DNA of 39,743 nt from Deltaproteobacteria bacterium (GTDB lineage Bacteria > Myxococcota_A > UBA9160 > UBA4427). Both the position numbers and the translations under genes were made by a program. Of this stretch, positions 18,135-26,661 are shown piece after piece. Position 1 is the stretch's first letter. Every line of letters starts with the position of its first letter. The stretch spans positions 1 through 39,743 of the forward strand of contig DRKE01000239.1 of assembly GCA_011051925.1 (NCBI GenBank). The letters run 5' to 3'. The notes below the pieces were generated by a model. That model searched no databases. It was not told the DNA's origin and saw only the letters and a list, made by a program, of their open reading frames with translations.

Positions 18135-20603
18135 TTGCCCGAATCAGCATCCAGGACGGCCGACCCGAGACCGCTTGCCGGTGTTCGCGTCCTCGATCTG
18201 GCCGACGAGAAAGGTGAATTGGCGGGACGGATCCTCGCGGATCTGGGCGCGGAGGTCGTTCGGGTCGAGGCACCCGGCGGCGCGCGGTCCCGGCGGATTC
18301 CTCCCTTTGCCGGGAAGCACAGCCTCTACTTCGCGATCCGGAACACGAACAAGCTCGGCATCGTCCTCGATCTCGAGAGCGATGCGGGCCGGGTGAGACT
18401 GCTCGACCTCGCCTCACGGGCCGACGTGTTGATCGAATCGGAACGTCCCGGCCGCATGGCCGAGCTCGGTCTCGCGCCGGAGGATCTGTCCCGGCGATTT
18501 CCCCATCTGGTCGTCTTGTCGATCTCGGATTTCGGCCAGACGGGTCCCTATCGGGATTGGGTGGCGACGGATTCGACCCTCTGTGCGATCGCGGGGATGC
18601 AATGGAAGGCGGGCACGCCCGATCGGGAGCCCCTCTTCACGCCTGCCGCGATGAATCATGACATCGGTGGAATCATGGGGGCCTTCGCGGCCCTCGCTGC
18701 ACTGCATCAGAGGGAGCGGGACGGGTTCGGACAGACGATCGATCTCTCGGTTCTCGAAGCCGTGGCGCAGCAGACGGACTGGGCCTTCTCCAACGCCTCG
18801 ATGATCGAGGCGAAGGGTCAGGACAGCTCGACCGTTCGGAACGGATCGGGTCCCATCTACAAGATCATCCGCTGCCGGACGGGATTCGTCCGGCTCGTCA
18901 TCATGTCGCCACGCCAATGGCATGCCATGCGGGATTGGCTCGGAAACCCGGACTATCTCCAGGATCCGAAATACGACAGCTTCCTGGGCCGGATGGAGAT
19001 CGCCGATGCGCTCAACGTCATGGTGGGCGACCTGTTCTCGACGATGGACCACGAGGAGGTATCCCGCGAGGCGCAGAAAAGGGGAATCGTGTGTACGCCC
19101 GTCCTGGCGCCCGGCGAAGTCCTGGCGAACGAGCATTTCCGATCCCGAGGGACCTTCGTTCCAGGTGAGTTCGCGCGGGGCCAGACAGGGCCGATCGCGT
19201 CGGGCTTCTTTGAACTCGATCGTCGGCGCCTCGGCTACCGGTTCCGTCCACCCGAGCTCGACGAACATGCGGAGCGGATCGGAGAGACGTTCTGGCGCGA
19301 GCCCCGATCCGTCCCGACGGCGAAACGACCGCCGCCCTCGCGGCCCTTCGAGGGGCTTCGCGTTCTCGATTTCGGGATCGGAGGCGTGGGTGTCGAGGCG
19401 GGGCGTCTTTTCGCGGAATACGGGGCCGACGTGATCAAGATCGAGAGTCGGACCTATCCCGACTTCATTCGCGTCGTGATGTCGACCGAGATGAGCGCTT
19501 CGTTCGCTTCTTCGAACCGGTCGAAGCGGGGCTTCGGCGTGGACATCAAGTCGGAGGCGGGACGCGCGCTCGTCGAGGAACTCGTGAAGCGCGCCGATGT
19601 CGTCTTCGAGAACAATTCGACCGGCACGATGGAGGCGCTGGGTCTCGGTTACGAGCGGTTGAGAGAGTTGAATCCCCGGATCGTGATGGCGAGCAGCCAG
19701 CTTCTGGGGGATCACGGCGCCTGGGCCGATTGGATCGGGTATGGGCCGAGTACCCAGCCGATCGGCGGGCTCGTCCATCTCTGGGATTATGCCCGCTCGA
19801 CTTCCTCGAAGGACGGGGAGGTCGGGGATCCGGAACCGGCGGGGGCAGGTTCCATCTTCCCCGATCATCTCGCGGGCCGTCTGCTCGCGATCGGGGCCCT
19901 GGCCGCGCTGATCCGGCGGTCGCGAACGGGGCGGGGCGGGCACGCGACGGTCGCTCAGGCCGAAGTCGTCGCGAACATCCTCGCGGATCAGCTGTTGAAG
20001 GAGGGGGTCGATCCCGGTAGCGTCGTTCCTCGTGGCAACCGCAGCGAACGGGGCGCACCATGGGGCGCCTACCGTTGTGCACGAGGGAATGGGGAAAAGG
20101 AGAGCCGAAGCGGGGGCACGAGCGAAGAGTGGATCGCGATCACGATCCGCGACGATGCGGAGTGGGAGCGGCTGCGAGCCGCGATGGGCGATCCCGATTG
20201 GGCCTCCGATCCGATCTATTCGACCGCGGAGGGCCGGCAAGCCGCGCATGACGCGATCGATGAGCGGCTTTCCGAATGGACGGGCGCCCAGTCCGCGCGG
20301 GCGCTGACGGCGACGCTCCAGATGTTCCAGGTACCGTCGGCGCCGATGTTCACGGCGCGGGACCAGCTCCACGATCCGCATTTCCAGGCCCGGGGATACG
20401 GACGTTGGATCGATCAGCAGGGGATCGGCTGGATGGCCTTCGAAGGTCCCGCTTTCCGCGCGAGCGGGATGCCGGACGTCCGGATCAGCCAGGCCCCGCT
20501 GATCGGAGAACACACACGGGAAATCGCACGTGAGCTCCTCGGGCTGGCCGAGTCCGAGATCGACGAGCTGATCGCGGAAGGCATCCTCGAAATCACGAGT
20601 TGA
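18135..20603 (+). CDS. fused tandem CaiB/BaiF family CoA-transferase
   Basis: two repeats: PLAGVRVLDL..LADLGAEVVRVE..NTNK..HDIGG and PFEGLRVLDF..AEYGADVIKIE..NRSKR..FPDHLAG..APLIGEHT. Confidence 0.92.
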   Translation: MPESASRTADPRPLAGVRVLDLADEKGELAGRILADLGAEVVRVEAPGGARSRRIPPFAGKHSLYFAIRNTNKLGIVLDLESDAGRVRLLDLASRADVLIESERPGRMAELGLAPEDLSRRFPHLVVLSISDFGQTGPYRDWVATDSTLCAIAGMQWKAGTPDREPLFTPAAMNHDIGGIMGAFAALAALHQRERDGFGQTIDLSVLEAVAQQTDWAFSNASMIEAKGQDSSTVRNGSGPIYKIIRCRTGFVRLVIMSPRQWHAMRDWLGNPDYLQDPKYDSFLGRMEIADALNVMVGDLFSTMDHEEVSREAQKRGIVCTPVLAPGEVLANEHFRSRGTFVPGEFARGQTGPIASGFFELDRRRLGYRFRPPELDEHAERIGETFWREPRSVPTAKRPPPSRPFEGLRVLDFGIGGVGVEAGRLFAEYGADVIKIESRTYPDFIRVVMSTEMSASFASSNRSKRGFGVDIKSEAGRALVEELVKRADVVFENNSTGTMEALGLGYERLRELNPRIVMASSQLLGDHGAWADWIGYGPSTQPIGGLVHLWDYARSTSSKDGEVGDPEPAGAGSIFPDHLAGRLLAIGALAALIRRSRTGRGGHATVAQAEVVANILADQLLKEGVDPGSVVPRGNRSERGAPWGAYRCARGNGEKESRSGGTSEEWIAITIRDDAEWERLRAAMGDPDWASDPIYSTAEGRQAAHDAIDERLSEWTGAQSARALTATLQMFQVPSAPMFTARDQLHDPHFQARGYGRWIDQQGIGWMAFEGPAFRASGMPDVRISQAPLIGEHTREIARELLGLAESEIDELIAEGILEITS

Positions 20604-20675
20604 CGGCGGGATTGCGGACGGGGCGATCGGGCAGGCCCTGCGCGGGAAGAGTCGAACAGGACGGGAGGATCGGAG

Positions 20676-21533
20676 ATGGATGATTTCAGGGGCCGCGTCG
20701 CGGTCGTGACCGGAGCGGCGAGTGGAATCGGTCTGGGCGTCACCCGCCGCTTCCTCGACGAGGGAATGAAGGTCGTCATGGCCGATGTGGAAAAGGAGCG
20801 TCTCGATCACGAGGTCGCGGAACTCGAAGCGGCGGGTCACGACGTCCTGGGGGTCGTCTGCGACGTACGGGACCCGGATGCCGTGGCCGACCTCGCCGAC
20901 CGGACGATGTCGCATTTTGGCAGCGTGCATGTCGTCATGAACAATGCCGGCGTCGCACCGGGTGGTCCGATGCTCGATGCCACGCCGGCCGACTGGCGCT
21001 GGATCGTCGACGTGAACGTTCTCGGCGTCGCCCATGGAATCTCGATCTTCGGTCCGATCCTCCGGGACGCGGGCCGGGGCCACATCATCAATACGGCTTC
21101 CGAAGCGGGCCACGTGACGAGCGCCGTGCTCGGTATGTATTGCGCGACGAAACACGCCGTCGTCGGAATGACGGAGTCCCTCTATCGCGAACTCGAAGGC
21201 AGCGGGATCGGTGTCCATTGCCTGTGTCCGAATCTGGTCACGACCCGGATCTTCCATTCCGAGCGCAACCGGGAGGATCCGGGCGAGATGAGCGCCTCCC
21301 AGACGGCAGCCATGGCCGTTCTGCGCGAGGCGATCCAATCGATGGGAATCGGGGTGGAGCAGGTCGCGGGCGACGTCATGGATGCACTTCGCAACGACCG
21401 GTTCTGGATCTTCACCCACGAATTGACGACCCGTGCCCTCGCGTCGCGCTACCGGGACATCGAGGCGGGTCGCAACCCTGGCAATCCCTACGAAGGGCTC
21501 GGGGAGCTCACGGAATTGTCGGAATTGAAATGA
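20676..21533 (+). CDS. SDR family NAD(P)-dependent oxidoreductase
   Basis: TGAASGIG, NNAGV, NTAS, YCATK. Confidence 0.93.
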   Translation: MDDFRGRVAVVTGAASGIGLGVTRRFLDEGMKVVMADVEKERLDHEVAELEAAGHDVLGVVCDVRDPDAVADLADRTMSHFGSVHVVMNNAGVAPGGPMLDATPADWRWIVDVNVLGVAHGISIFGPILRDAGRGHIINTASEAGHVTSAVLGMYCATKHAVVGMTESLYRELEGSGIGVHCLCPNLVTTRIFHSERNREDPGEMSASQTAAMAVLREAIQSMGIGVEQVAGDVMDALRNDRFWIFTHELTTRALASRYRDIEAGRNPGNPYEGLGELTELSELK

Positions 21534-21619
21534 CGAGACCCGAGGACAGGGCGGCCATCATGACCGGCGGTGGGGCCGTCATGCCCGTCTGAGGTCCGGA
21601 TTTCCCGATTCCGACCGAT

Positions 21620-23275
21620 GTGCCACCATTCCATCCGATGACGATGAGACAGCTCCTGCTCGCGCGCGCGAACGACGATTCGCCCGCCCTCTATTTCGAG
21701 GACCAGACCTGGACCTGGCGGGAGGTCTTCCAGGCCTGCTGCGATCGGGCCGATGCGTTTCTTGCGTGGCGTCGTCCCGGCCCCTTCCATGTGGGCGTGT
21801 TGCTCGAGAACGTTCCCGAGTACCTCTTCCTGAGCGGTGCGGCCGCTCTCTCCGGCGCGACCCTGGTCGGGATCAACCCCACGCGACGTGGTGCCGGTCT
21901 CGAGCGGGATGTCCGGCATACGGATTGCCAGATCCTCGTGACCGAGGATCGCCATGCGTCTCTTCTCGAAGGTCTCGATCTCGGCATCCCCGATGATCGT
22001 CGCTTCGACATCGCCTCTCCGGAATGGGCCGAAGCGCTCGCGGGTCATCGGGGCGCGGACACGCCCGAGATCGAAGAGGATCCGAACGCGACCTACATGT
22101 TGATCTTCACGTCGGGAACGACCGGTGAGCCGAAGGCGGCGATCTGCTCATCCGCCCGGGTCGCATTCGGCGGGCGGATGCTCGCGCAGATGCGCGGTCT
22201 GCGATCCGACGATGTCGGCTATCTCGTCATGCCACTCTTCCATTCGAATGCCCATATCGCGGGTATCGCGCCGATCCTCTCGGTTGGCGGTTCCTGGGCG
22301 ATGCGGCGAAGGTTCTCGGCATCGGGTTTCCTGCCGGACGTTCGACGGTATGGCGTCACGTATTTCAACTACGTCGGCAAGCCGCTCACCTATATCCTGG
22401 CGACGCCTGCAGCCGATGACGATGCGGAGAATCCGCTTCGGATCGCTTTCGGGAACGAGGCCGCGGAACAGGACATCGCCCGTTTCGCCGAGCGATTCGG
22501 TTGCGACGTGATCGATGCCTACGGTTCGACCGAGGGGGGGATCTCGATCACGAGGACACCCGACACGCCCTCCGGTGCCCTGGGTGTCGCGCCGCCCGGC
22601 ACGCTGATTCTCGATCCCGAGACGGGCGTCGAATGCCCGAGAGCGGAATTCGACGAGCACGGCCGGATCCTGAACGCCGACGAAGCGATCGGGGAGATCG
22701 CGAATCGCGAATCAGCACCTCAATTCGAGGGGTATTGGCGAAACGACGAGGCGAACGTCGAACGGACACGCGATGGGATCTACTGGAGTGGGGACCTCGG
22801 CTATCGGGATGCCGATGGCTTCTTCTATTTCGCGGGGCGGAACATGGACTGGTTGCGGGTCGACGGCGAGAACATCGCGGCCGGGCCGATCGAGCGGATC
22901 CTTTCACGCCATCCCGCAGTCGCCCTGGCCGCGGTCTACGCGGTTCCGAATTCCGATGTCGGGGATGACTGCATGGCATCGCTGATCCTGAGGCCGGGTG
23001 AAGAATTCGACCCCACGGATTTCGCTACCTTCCTCTCGAAGCAGGCCGATCTCGGGACGAAGATGATGCCTCGCTACATCCGCGTTGCGACCGAGCTGCC
23101 TTCGACCGAGACGAACAAGATCCTGAAGCGGGTGCTGCGTGAGGAGCGCTGGGAGTGCGAGGATCCGGTCTGGATCCGGGACGGGGACGGCTATCGTCCC
23201 CTCGGCTCCGAGGATCGCGGGGCGATCCGGTCGGAATTCCAGTCGCGAGGCCGTCTCGCCGAAATCGAGCGTTGA
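21620..23275 (+). CDS. acyl-CoA synthetase / AMP-binding ligase (FadD17/FadD1-like)
   Basis: FTSGTTGEPK, MPLFHSNA, YFNYVGKPL, YGSTEGG, YWSGDLGY, DWLRVDGEN, TNKILK. Confidence 0.92.
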   Translation: MPPFHPMTMRQLLLARANDDSPALYFEDQTWTWREVFQACCDRADAFLAWRRPGPFHVGVLLENVPEYLFLSGAAALSGATLVGINPTRRGAGLERDVRHTDCQILVTEDRHASLLEGLDLGIPDDRRFDIASPEWAEALAGHRGADTPEIEEDPNATYMLIFTSGTTGEPKAAICSSARVAFGGRMLAQMRGLRSDDVGYLVMPLFHSNAHIAGIAPILSVGGSWAMRRRFSASGFLPDVRRYGVTYFNYVGKPLTYILATPAADDDAENPLRIAFGNEAAEQDIARFAERFGCDVIDAYGSTEGGISITRTPDTPSGALGVAPPGTLILDPETGVECPRAEFDEHGRILNADEAIGEIANRESAPQFEGYWRNDEANVERTRDGIYWSGDLGYRDADGFFYFAGRNMDWLRVDGENIAAGPIERILSRHPAVALAAVYAVPNSDVGDDCMASLILRPGEEFDPTDFATFLSKQADLGTKMMPRYIRVATELPSTETNKILKRVLREERWECEDPVWIRDGDGYRPLGSEDRGAIRSEFQSRGRLAEIER

Positions 23276-23314
23276 CCGTGGCAGGGTCCCGCAGAGGTCT
23301 CGAAGGGAGATGAC

Positions 23315-23464
23315 ATGACATCCGGAATCGATCCGTCGGAGATCGTTGCCTGTGCCCTGCGTCCCGCCGGAAGCTGGAGTCATCTGGGATCGCTCATCGG
23401 GTTCGTCGTGGTCGCGTGGTTCGTTTCTCCCGCGCGGACGCGGCGAGCCGGTCGGACGGGCTGA
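23315..23464 (+). CDS. putative 49-aa small membrane protein (not in the ORF track)
   Basis: GGGAG RBS, ATG 23315, TGA 23462; MTSGIDPSEIVACALRPAGSWSHLGSLIGFVVVAWFVSPARTRRAGRTG. Confidence 0.35.
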   Translation: MTSGIDPSEIVACALRPAGSWSHLGSLIGFVVVAWFVSPARTRRAGRTG

Positions 23465-23490
23465 GCCGACCCCGCGGCTGGCCCCGTGCC

Positions 23491-24315
23491 CTACGGCTCG
23501 CCCCCCAATCGACGTTCGATCTCGAGTGCATCACGCAACGCGGCGACGTCGTGGGTGCGGATGTAGTCGACGCCGTGTCTGGCCGCGTGGAGTTCGGCAG
23601 CCAGGGTGGCCGGGCCGATCGATTCCATCCCGCTTCCCGTGATCACGCGGAGAAAGGACTTTCTGGAAACCGAGATCAACGTCGGCAGGCCGAAACGGAT
23701 GCCGAGTTCCGGCAGCCGCCTGAGGACTTCGAGCGATGAATCGGGTCGGTTGCCGAGGAAGAAACCCATCCCGGGATCGATGATCAATCGGTCCTCGCGA
23801 ATCCCGGCTCGAACGAGTCGATCGAGTCGTGCCGGAAAGAAGCGATCGATCGATTCGAGAACCGCTTCCGGCGTCGCATCGGTTCGCACGGCGCGTTCGC
23901 CTTCGAGCAGGGAATGGACGATGACCAGGCGGGCGTCGGAGACCGCGAGAGTCGGATAGAGATCGGGGTCGGGAAAACCGCGAACGTCGTTGAGCATGGC
24001 CGCTCCGGCCCCGATCGCGAATCGCAGGACATTCGGATCGGTGGCGTCGACGGAGACCGGGATTCCCTTCGCCGACAACGCCTCGAGAACCGGAGCCAGG
24101 CGCTCGATCTGGACGCTTGCGGAGACGGAATCCGCATCGGGATGGCTCGACGCCGGTCCGAGTTCGATCAGGTCGGCCCCCGCGTCGTAGAGTCCGAAGG
24201 CGTGGTCGATCGCCGCTTCGGGTTCGATGAATCGCCCGCCGTCCGAAAACGAGTCCCGGGTGATGTTCACGATGGCGACGATCCGTGGGGACCTCTCGTT
24301 CGTCACGTTGGTCAC
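23491..24315 (-). CDS. folP: dihydropteroate synthase, Sul-like (predicted sulfonamide-insensitive)
   Basis: IVNITRDSFSDGG, LGPASSHPDA, LNDVRGFPD, DPGMGFFLG, SVSRKSFL, TLAAEL, IRTHD; GGGAG RBS before GTG. Confidence 0.93.
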   Translation of the reverse strand: MTNVTNERSPRIVAIVNITRDSFSDGGRFIEPEAAIDHAFGLYDAGADLIELGPASSHPDADSVSASVQIERLAPVLEALSAKGIPVSVDATDPNVLRFAIGAGAAMLNDVRGFPDPDLYPTLAVSDARLVIVHSLLEGERAVRTDATPEAVLESIDRFFPARLDRLVRAGIREDRLIIDPGMGFFLGNRPDSSLEVLRRLPELGIRFGLPTLISVSRKSFLRVITGSGMESIGPATLAAELHAARHGVDYIRTHDVAALRDALEIERRLGGEP

Positions 24316-24530
24316 ATCGATCTCCCGGATGGCGCGCCGGAATCTGGAACCCGGTGGTGAGATTTTACATCGCTTTTACGTAGCAGGGGGACGGGTGTGT
24401 TCTCCCGAACTCCGATTTTGGCTACACCTCGGATCGTGTCTGGTCGCAATCAGACTCATGTCATTTGCACCGACCCCCCTCCGATCAGCCGCGCCGAGAC
24501 GCGGCCCCTTTGTGAGAGTCTGAACCGAAT

Positions 24531-25493
24531 ATGAATGCTGTGTTCGAGCTGGATCCGCGGGAGCTTTCGACGCCTTCCGCCGGAGAAGAGCGTGCCGACG
24601 GCGAGCGTGCCGCTGGCGCGGCGGAGAATGGCACGATCGGATCCGCGGGTCGTGTCGAGAGCCTCCTGGAACGTGATGCGGGGAGGGAGGAATCGTGCGA
24701 ACGGTCCGGACGATGGCTCCGGTACAAGGTCGATCGGCGCGCCGTCGCCTATGTCCATGCGATGCTGGGCCTCCATGTGGCCGTCTTCTTCCTTGCGCCG
24801 ACCTGGCTGGCGGTCGTCTGCGTCGCTCCCCTCGCGATTGGCAGCATGTTCGTCGCGGCAATCAACCATCATCACCAGCATTTCAACACCTTCCACTCGG
24901 CGTGGATGAATCGGGTCTTCGACATCGCCCTCTCGCTGCAGACCGGGATCGCGCCCTATGCGTGGGTCCTGCATCACAACCTGGGGCATCATGTCAACTA
25001 TCTGAAACAGCGGCCGCATGAACACCCCGATGAATCCCGCTGGACCCGTCGGGATGGTTCGCAGATGGGCCGGATCGAGTACACGATCGATCTCCTCCTG
25101 CATCACCAGATCGATATCATCCGGGTCGGGCGGCGCTATCCGAAATACCTGCGCGCCTTCTTGTTGATGAAGCTGCCGCTCTGGTCGATTCTCGGGCTCG
25201 CGCTCTACACCAACCCGGTGAATGCCTTCCTGGCCTTCCTGCTGCCCGGCTTCATCACGCTCGTCCATACTTCATGGGTGACCTATGGACATCATGCCGG
25301 CCACTATCCGACCAACCATTACGATGCCAGCGTGAGCAACACGAATCCTCTCTTCAACTACCTGACCTGCAACCTCGGCTATCACACGGCGCATCACAAG
25401 CGTCCCGGCGTCCACTGGTCCCAGCTGCCGAAGATCCACGAGGAGATCAAGGATCGGATTCCGCCGCATCTGATCGAGACCCGCTTCTGGTAG
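24531..25493 (+). CDS. membrane fatty acid desaturase family protein
   Basis: His boxes NHHHQH, HHNLGHH, GHH, NLGYHTAHH; TM segments. Confidence 0.9.
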   Translation: MNAVFELDPRELSTPSAGEERADGERAAGAAENGTIGSAGRVESLLERDAGREESCERSGRWLRYKVDRRAVAYVHAMLGLHVAVFFLAPTWLAVVCVAPLAIGSMFVAAINHHHQHFNTFHSAWMNRVFDIALSLQTGIAPYAWVLHHNLGHHVNYLKQRPHEHPDESRWTRRDGSQMGRIEYTIDLLLHHQIDIIRVGRRYPKYLRAFLLMKLPLWSILGLALYTNPVNAFLAFLLPGFITLVHTSWVTYGHHAGHYPTNHYDASVSNTNPLFNYLTCNLGYHTAHHKRPGVHWSQLPKIHEEIKDRIPPHLIETRFW

Positions 25494-25563
25494 GTCGGGG
25501 TCGCTGATCCTTCGTCAGGGGGACGCCCGGCAGCGACGGCAGACGACATGGATCCGGTTCGGA

Positions 25564-25899
25564 TCAGGGACGCTGCGGGTCGTTGATGCGATCGTCGGGA
25601 TCGACCTGGATGCGCCCGTCGACGATCCGAACGGCGAAACACGGGATCGGGAAGCCGTCCGGGTTGTCGGGATCGAATCCCGTCCGGACGTCGAAGGGCC
25701 ATCCGTGGGCCTTGCACACGATCACGCAGTCCCGGAATTCACCCTCGGAGAGCGGGAAGCCCGCATGGGGACAGTCGTCTTCCATCGCGTAGACCCGGTC
25801 GCCCATCCGGTAGAGGCCGAGATCGATGCCGTTCACCTGGACCCGGAGGCCTCGGTCCGAGGGGATCTCGTCGAGCCGGGCGACGTCGACATAGGCCAA
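25564..25899 (-). CDS. Rieske [2Fe-2S] ferredoxin
   Basis: CPHAG..CKAHGWPFDVRTG (CxH..CxxH); GGAG RBS before TTG at 25899. Confidence 0.9.
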   Translation of the reverse strand: MAYVDVARLDEIPSDRGLRVQVNGIDLGLYRMGDRVYAMEDDCPHAGFPLSEGEFRDCVIVCKAHGWPFDVRTGFDPDNPDGFPIPCFAVRIVDGRIQVDPDDRINDPQRP

Positions 25900-26084
25900 G
25901 GGGTGATCTCTCCAGGCGGCCGGATGGAATCCGGAAGATGCGGATCGCAGGGTGCCCCAATCCCGAGGCGGGGACCACTCCGGCCGTTTCCGGTCGTTCG
26001 CCGGATCTGCGACACGCGCTGACAGTGGTCGCGCGACCGGAGGCCGGGCGCACGTGCGGATCCGCTCGTCCTTCGCGAGGGCCG

Positions 26085-26393
26085 TCAGTGCTGGGCGAGG
26101 GCCGCCGGCATCGACAGGGAGGGGCCGGTCGAGGTGACGACACACGTCTCGAGACCGGCCTGGATCGCGTCGCTCGAACAATCCATCGTCGTCGGTCCCA
26201 TCAGACCGTGGAATCGCGGGTTGCTGCCGAGTGTCGCGAATCTCTCGAAGACCATGTCGAGCTGGAGATTCGTCACGGCCGCGAACCGGGAAGCGTCGAG
26301 GGACTGGCCCTGGTCCTGGGGATCGGCTGAAGCCAGACTGCTCCAGCAGAGCGCGATCAGCGCCATGAATAGAATCCTGGGAATGGGTCGCAT
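26085..26393 (-). CDS. small secreted hypothetical protein
   Basis: signal peptide MRPIPRILFMALIALCWSSLASA|D; AAAGGAG RBS; two Cys in the mature part. Confidence 0.72.
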   Translation of the reverse strand: MRPIPRILFMALIALCWSSLASADPQDQGQSLDASRFAAVTNLQLDMVFERFATLGSNPRFHGLMGPTTMDCSSDAIQAGLETCVVTSTGPSLSMPAALAQH

Positions 26394-26417
26394 ACCGGGG
26401 GGCTCCTTTGGGGGGAC

Positions 26418-26444
26418 CTATCGGATGCTCGATGGATTGCTTTA
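26418..26444 (-). promoter_or_regulatory. putative sigma-28 (FliA-type) promoter
   Basis: minus strand TAAAGCAA-N11-TCCGATAG, directly upstream of the RBS. Confidence 0.6.
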
Positions 26445-26661
26445 GGCGTTCTTCCGCACGGATTGGAAAATTCCCGCGGACGGCCGGAAGAAAACGGGCA
26501 GCGATCGCGTGGGAACGCCGTGAGGGCCCGTTCGCCCCCTCGGATTGCAACGATTCGCTGCGGGGATGTCGGGGGCAACCCGGACCGCATCGGGGAGAAG
26601 GCTCGATGCCGGTCGAGCACGAGGGCGCCATCGAAGGATCCGATGGGTGCCGGGCGAGCGC

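Noticed and set aside
18414..21419. 1001-aa antisense ORF and other long overlapping ORFs (for example 990-2483, 3025-4731, 29752-31707, 32508-34205, 35749-37812)
   Set aside because: They are shadows of real genes in high-GC DNA; no recognisable motifs, and each lies opposite a well-supported CDS
21530..21592. 20-codon ORF starting at the SDR stop (ATGA), in frame with the downstream ligase and ending in TGA (possible readthrough or selenocysteine)
   Set aside because: The ligase appears complete from 21620, with no recognisable SECIS or Cys-equivalent position; most likely chance
23276..24530. Possible mobile element or integron context around the sul-like gene
   Set aside because: No transposase, integrase, attC-like site, qacE or glmM fragment, and no obvious compositional shift in the gene
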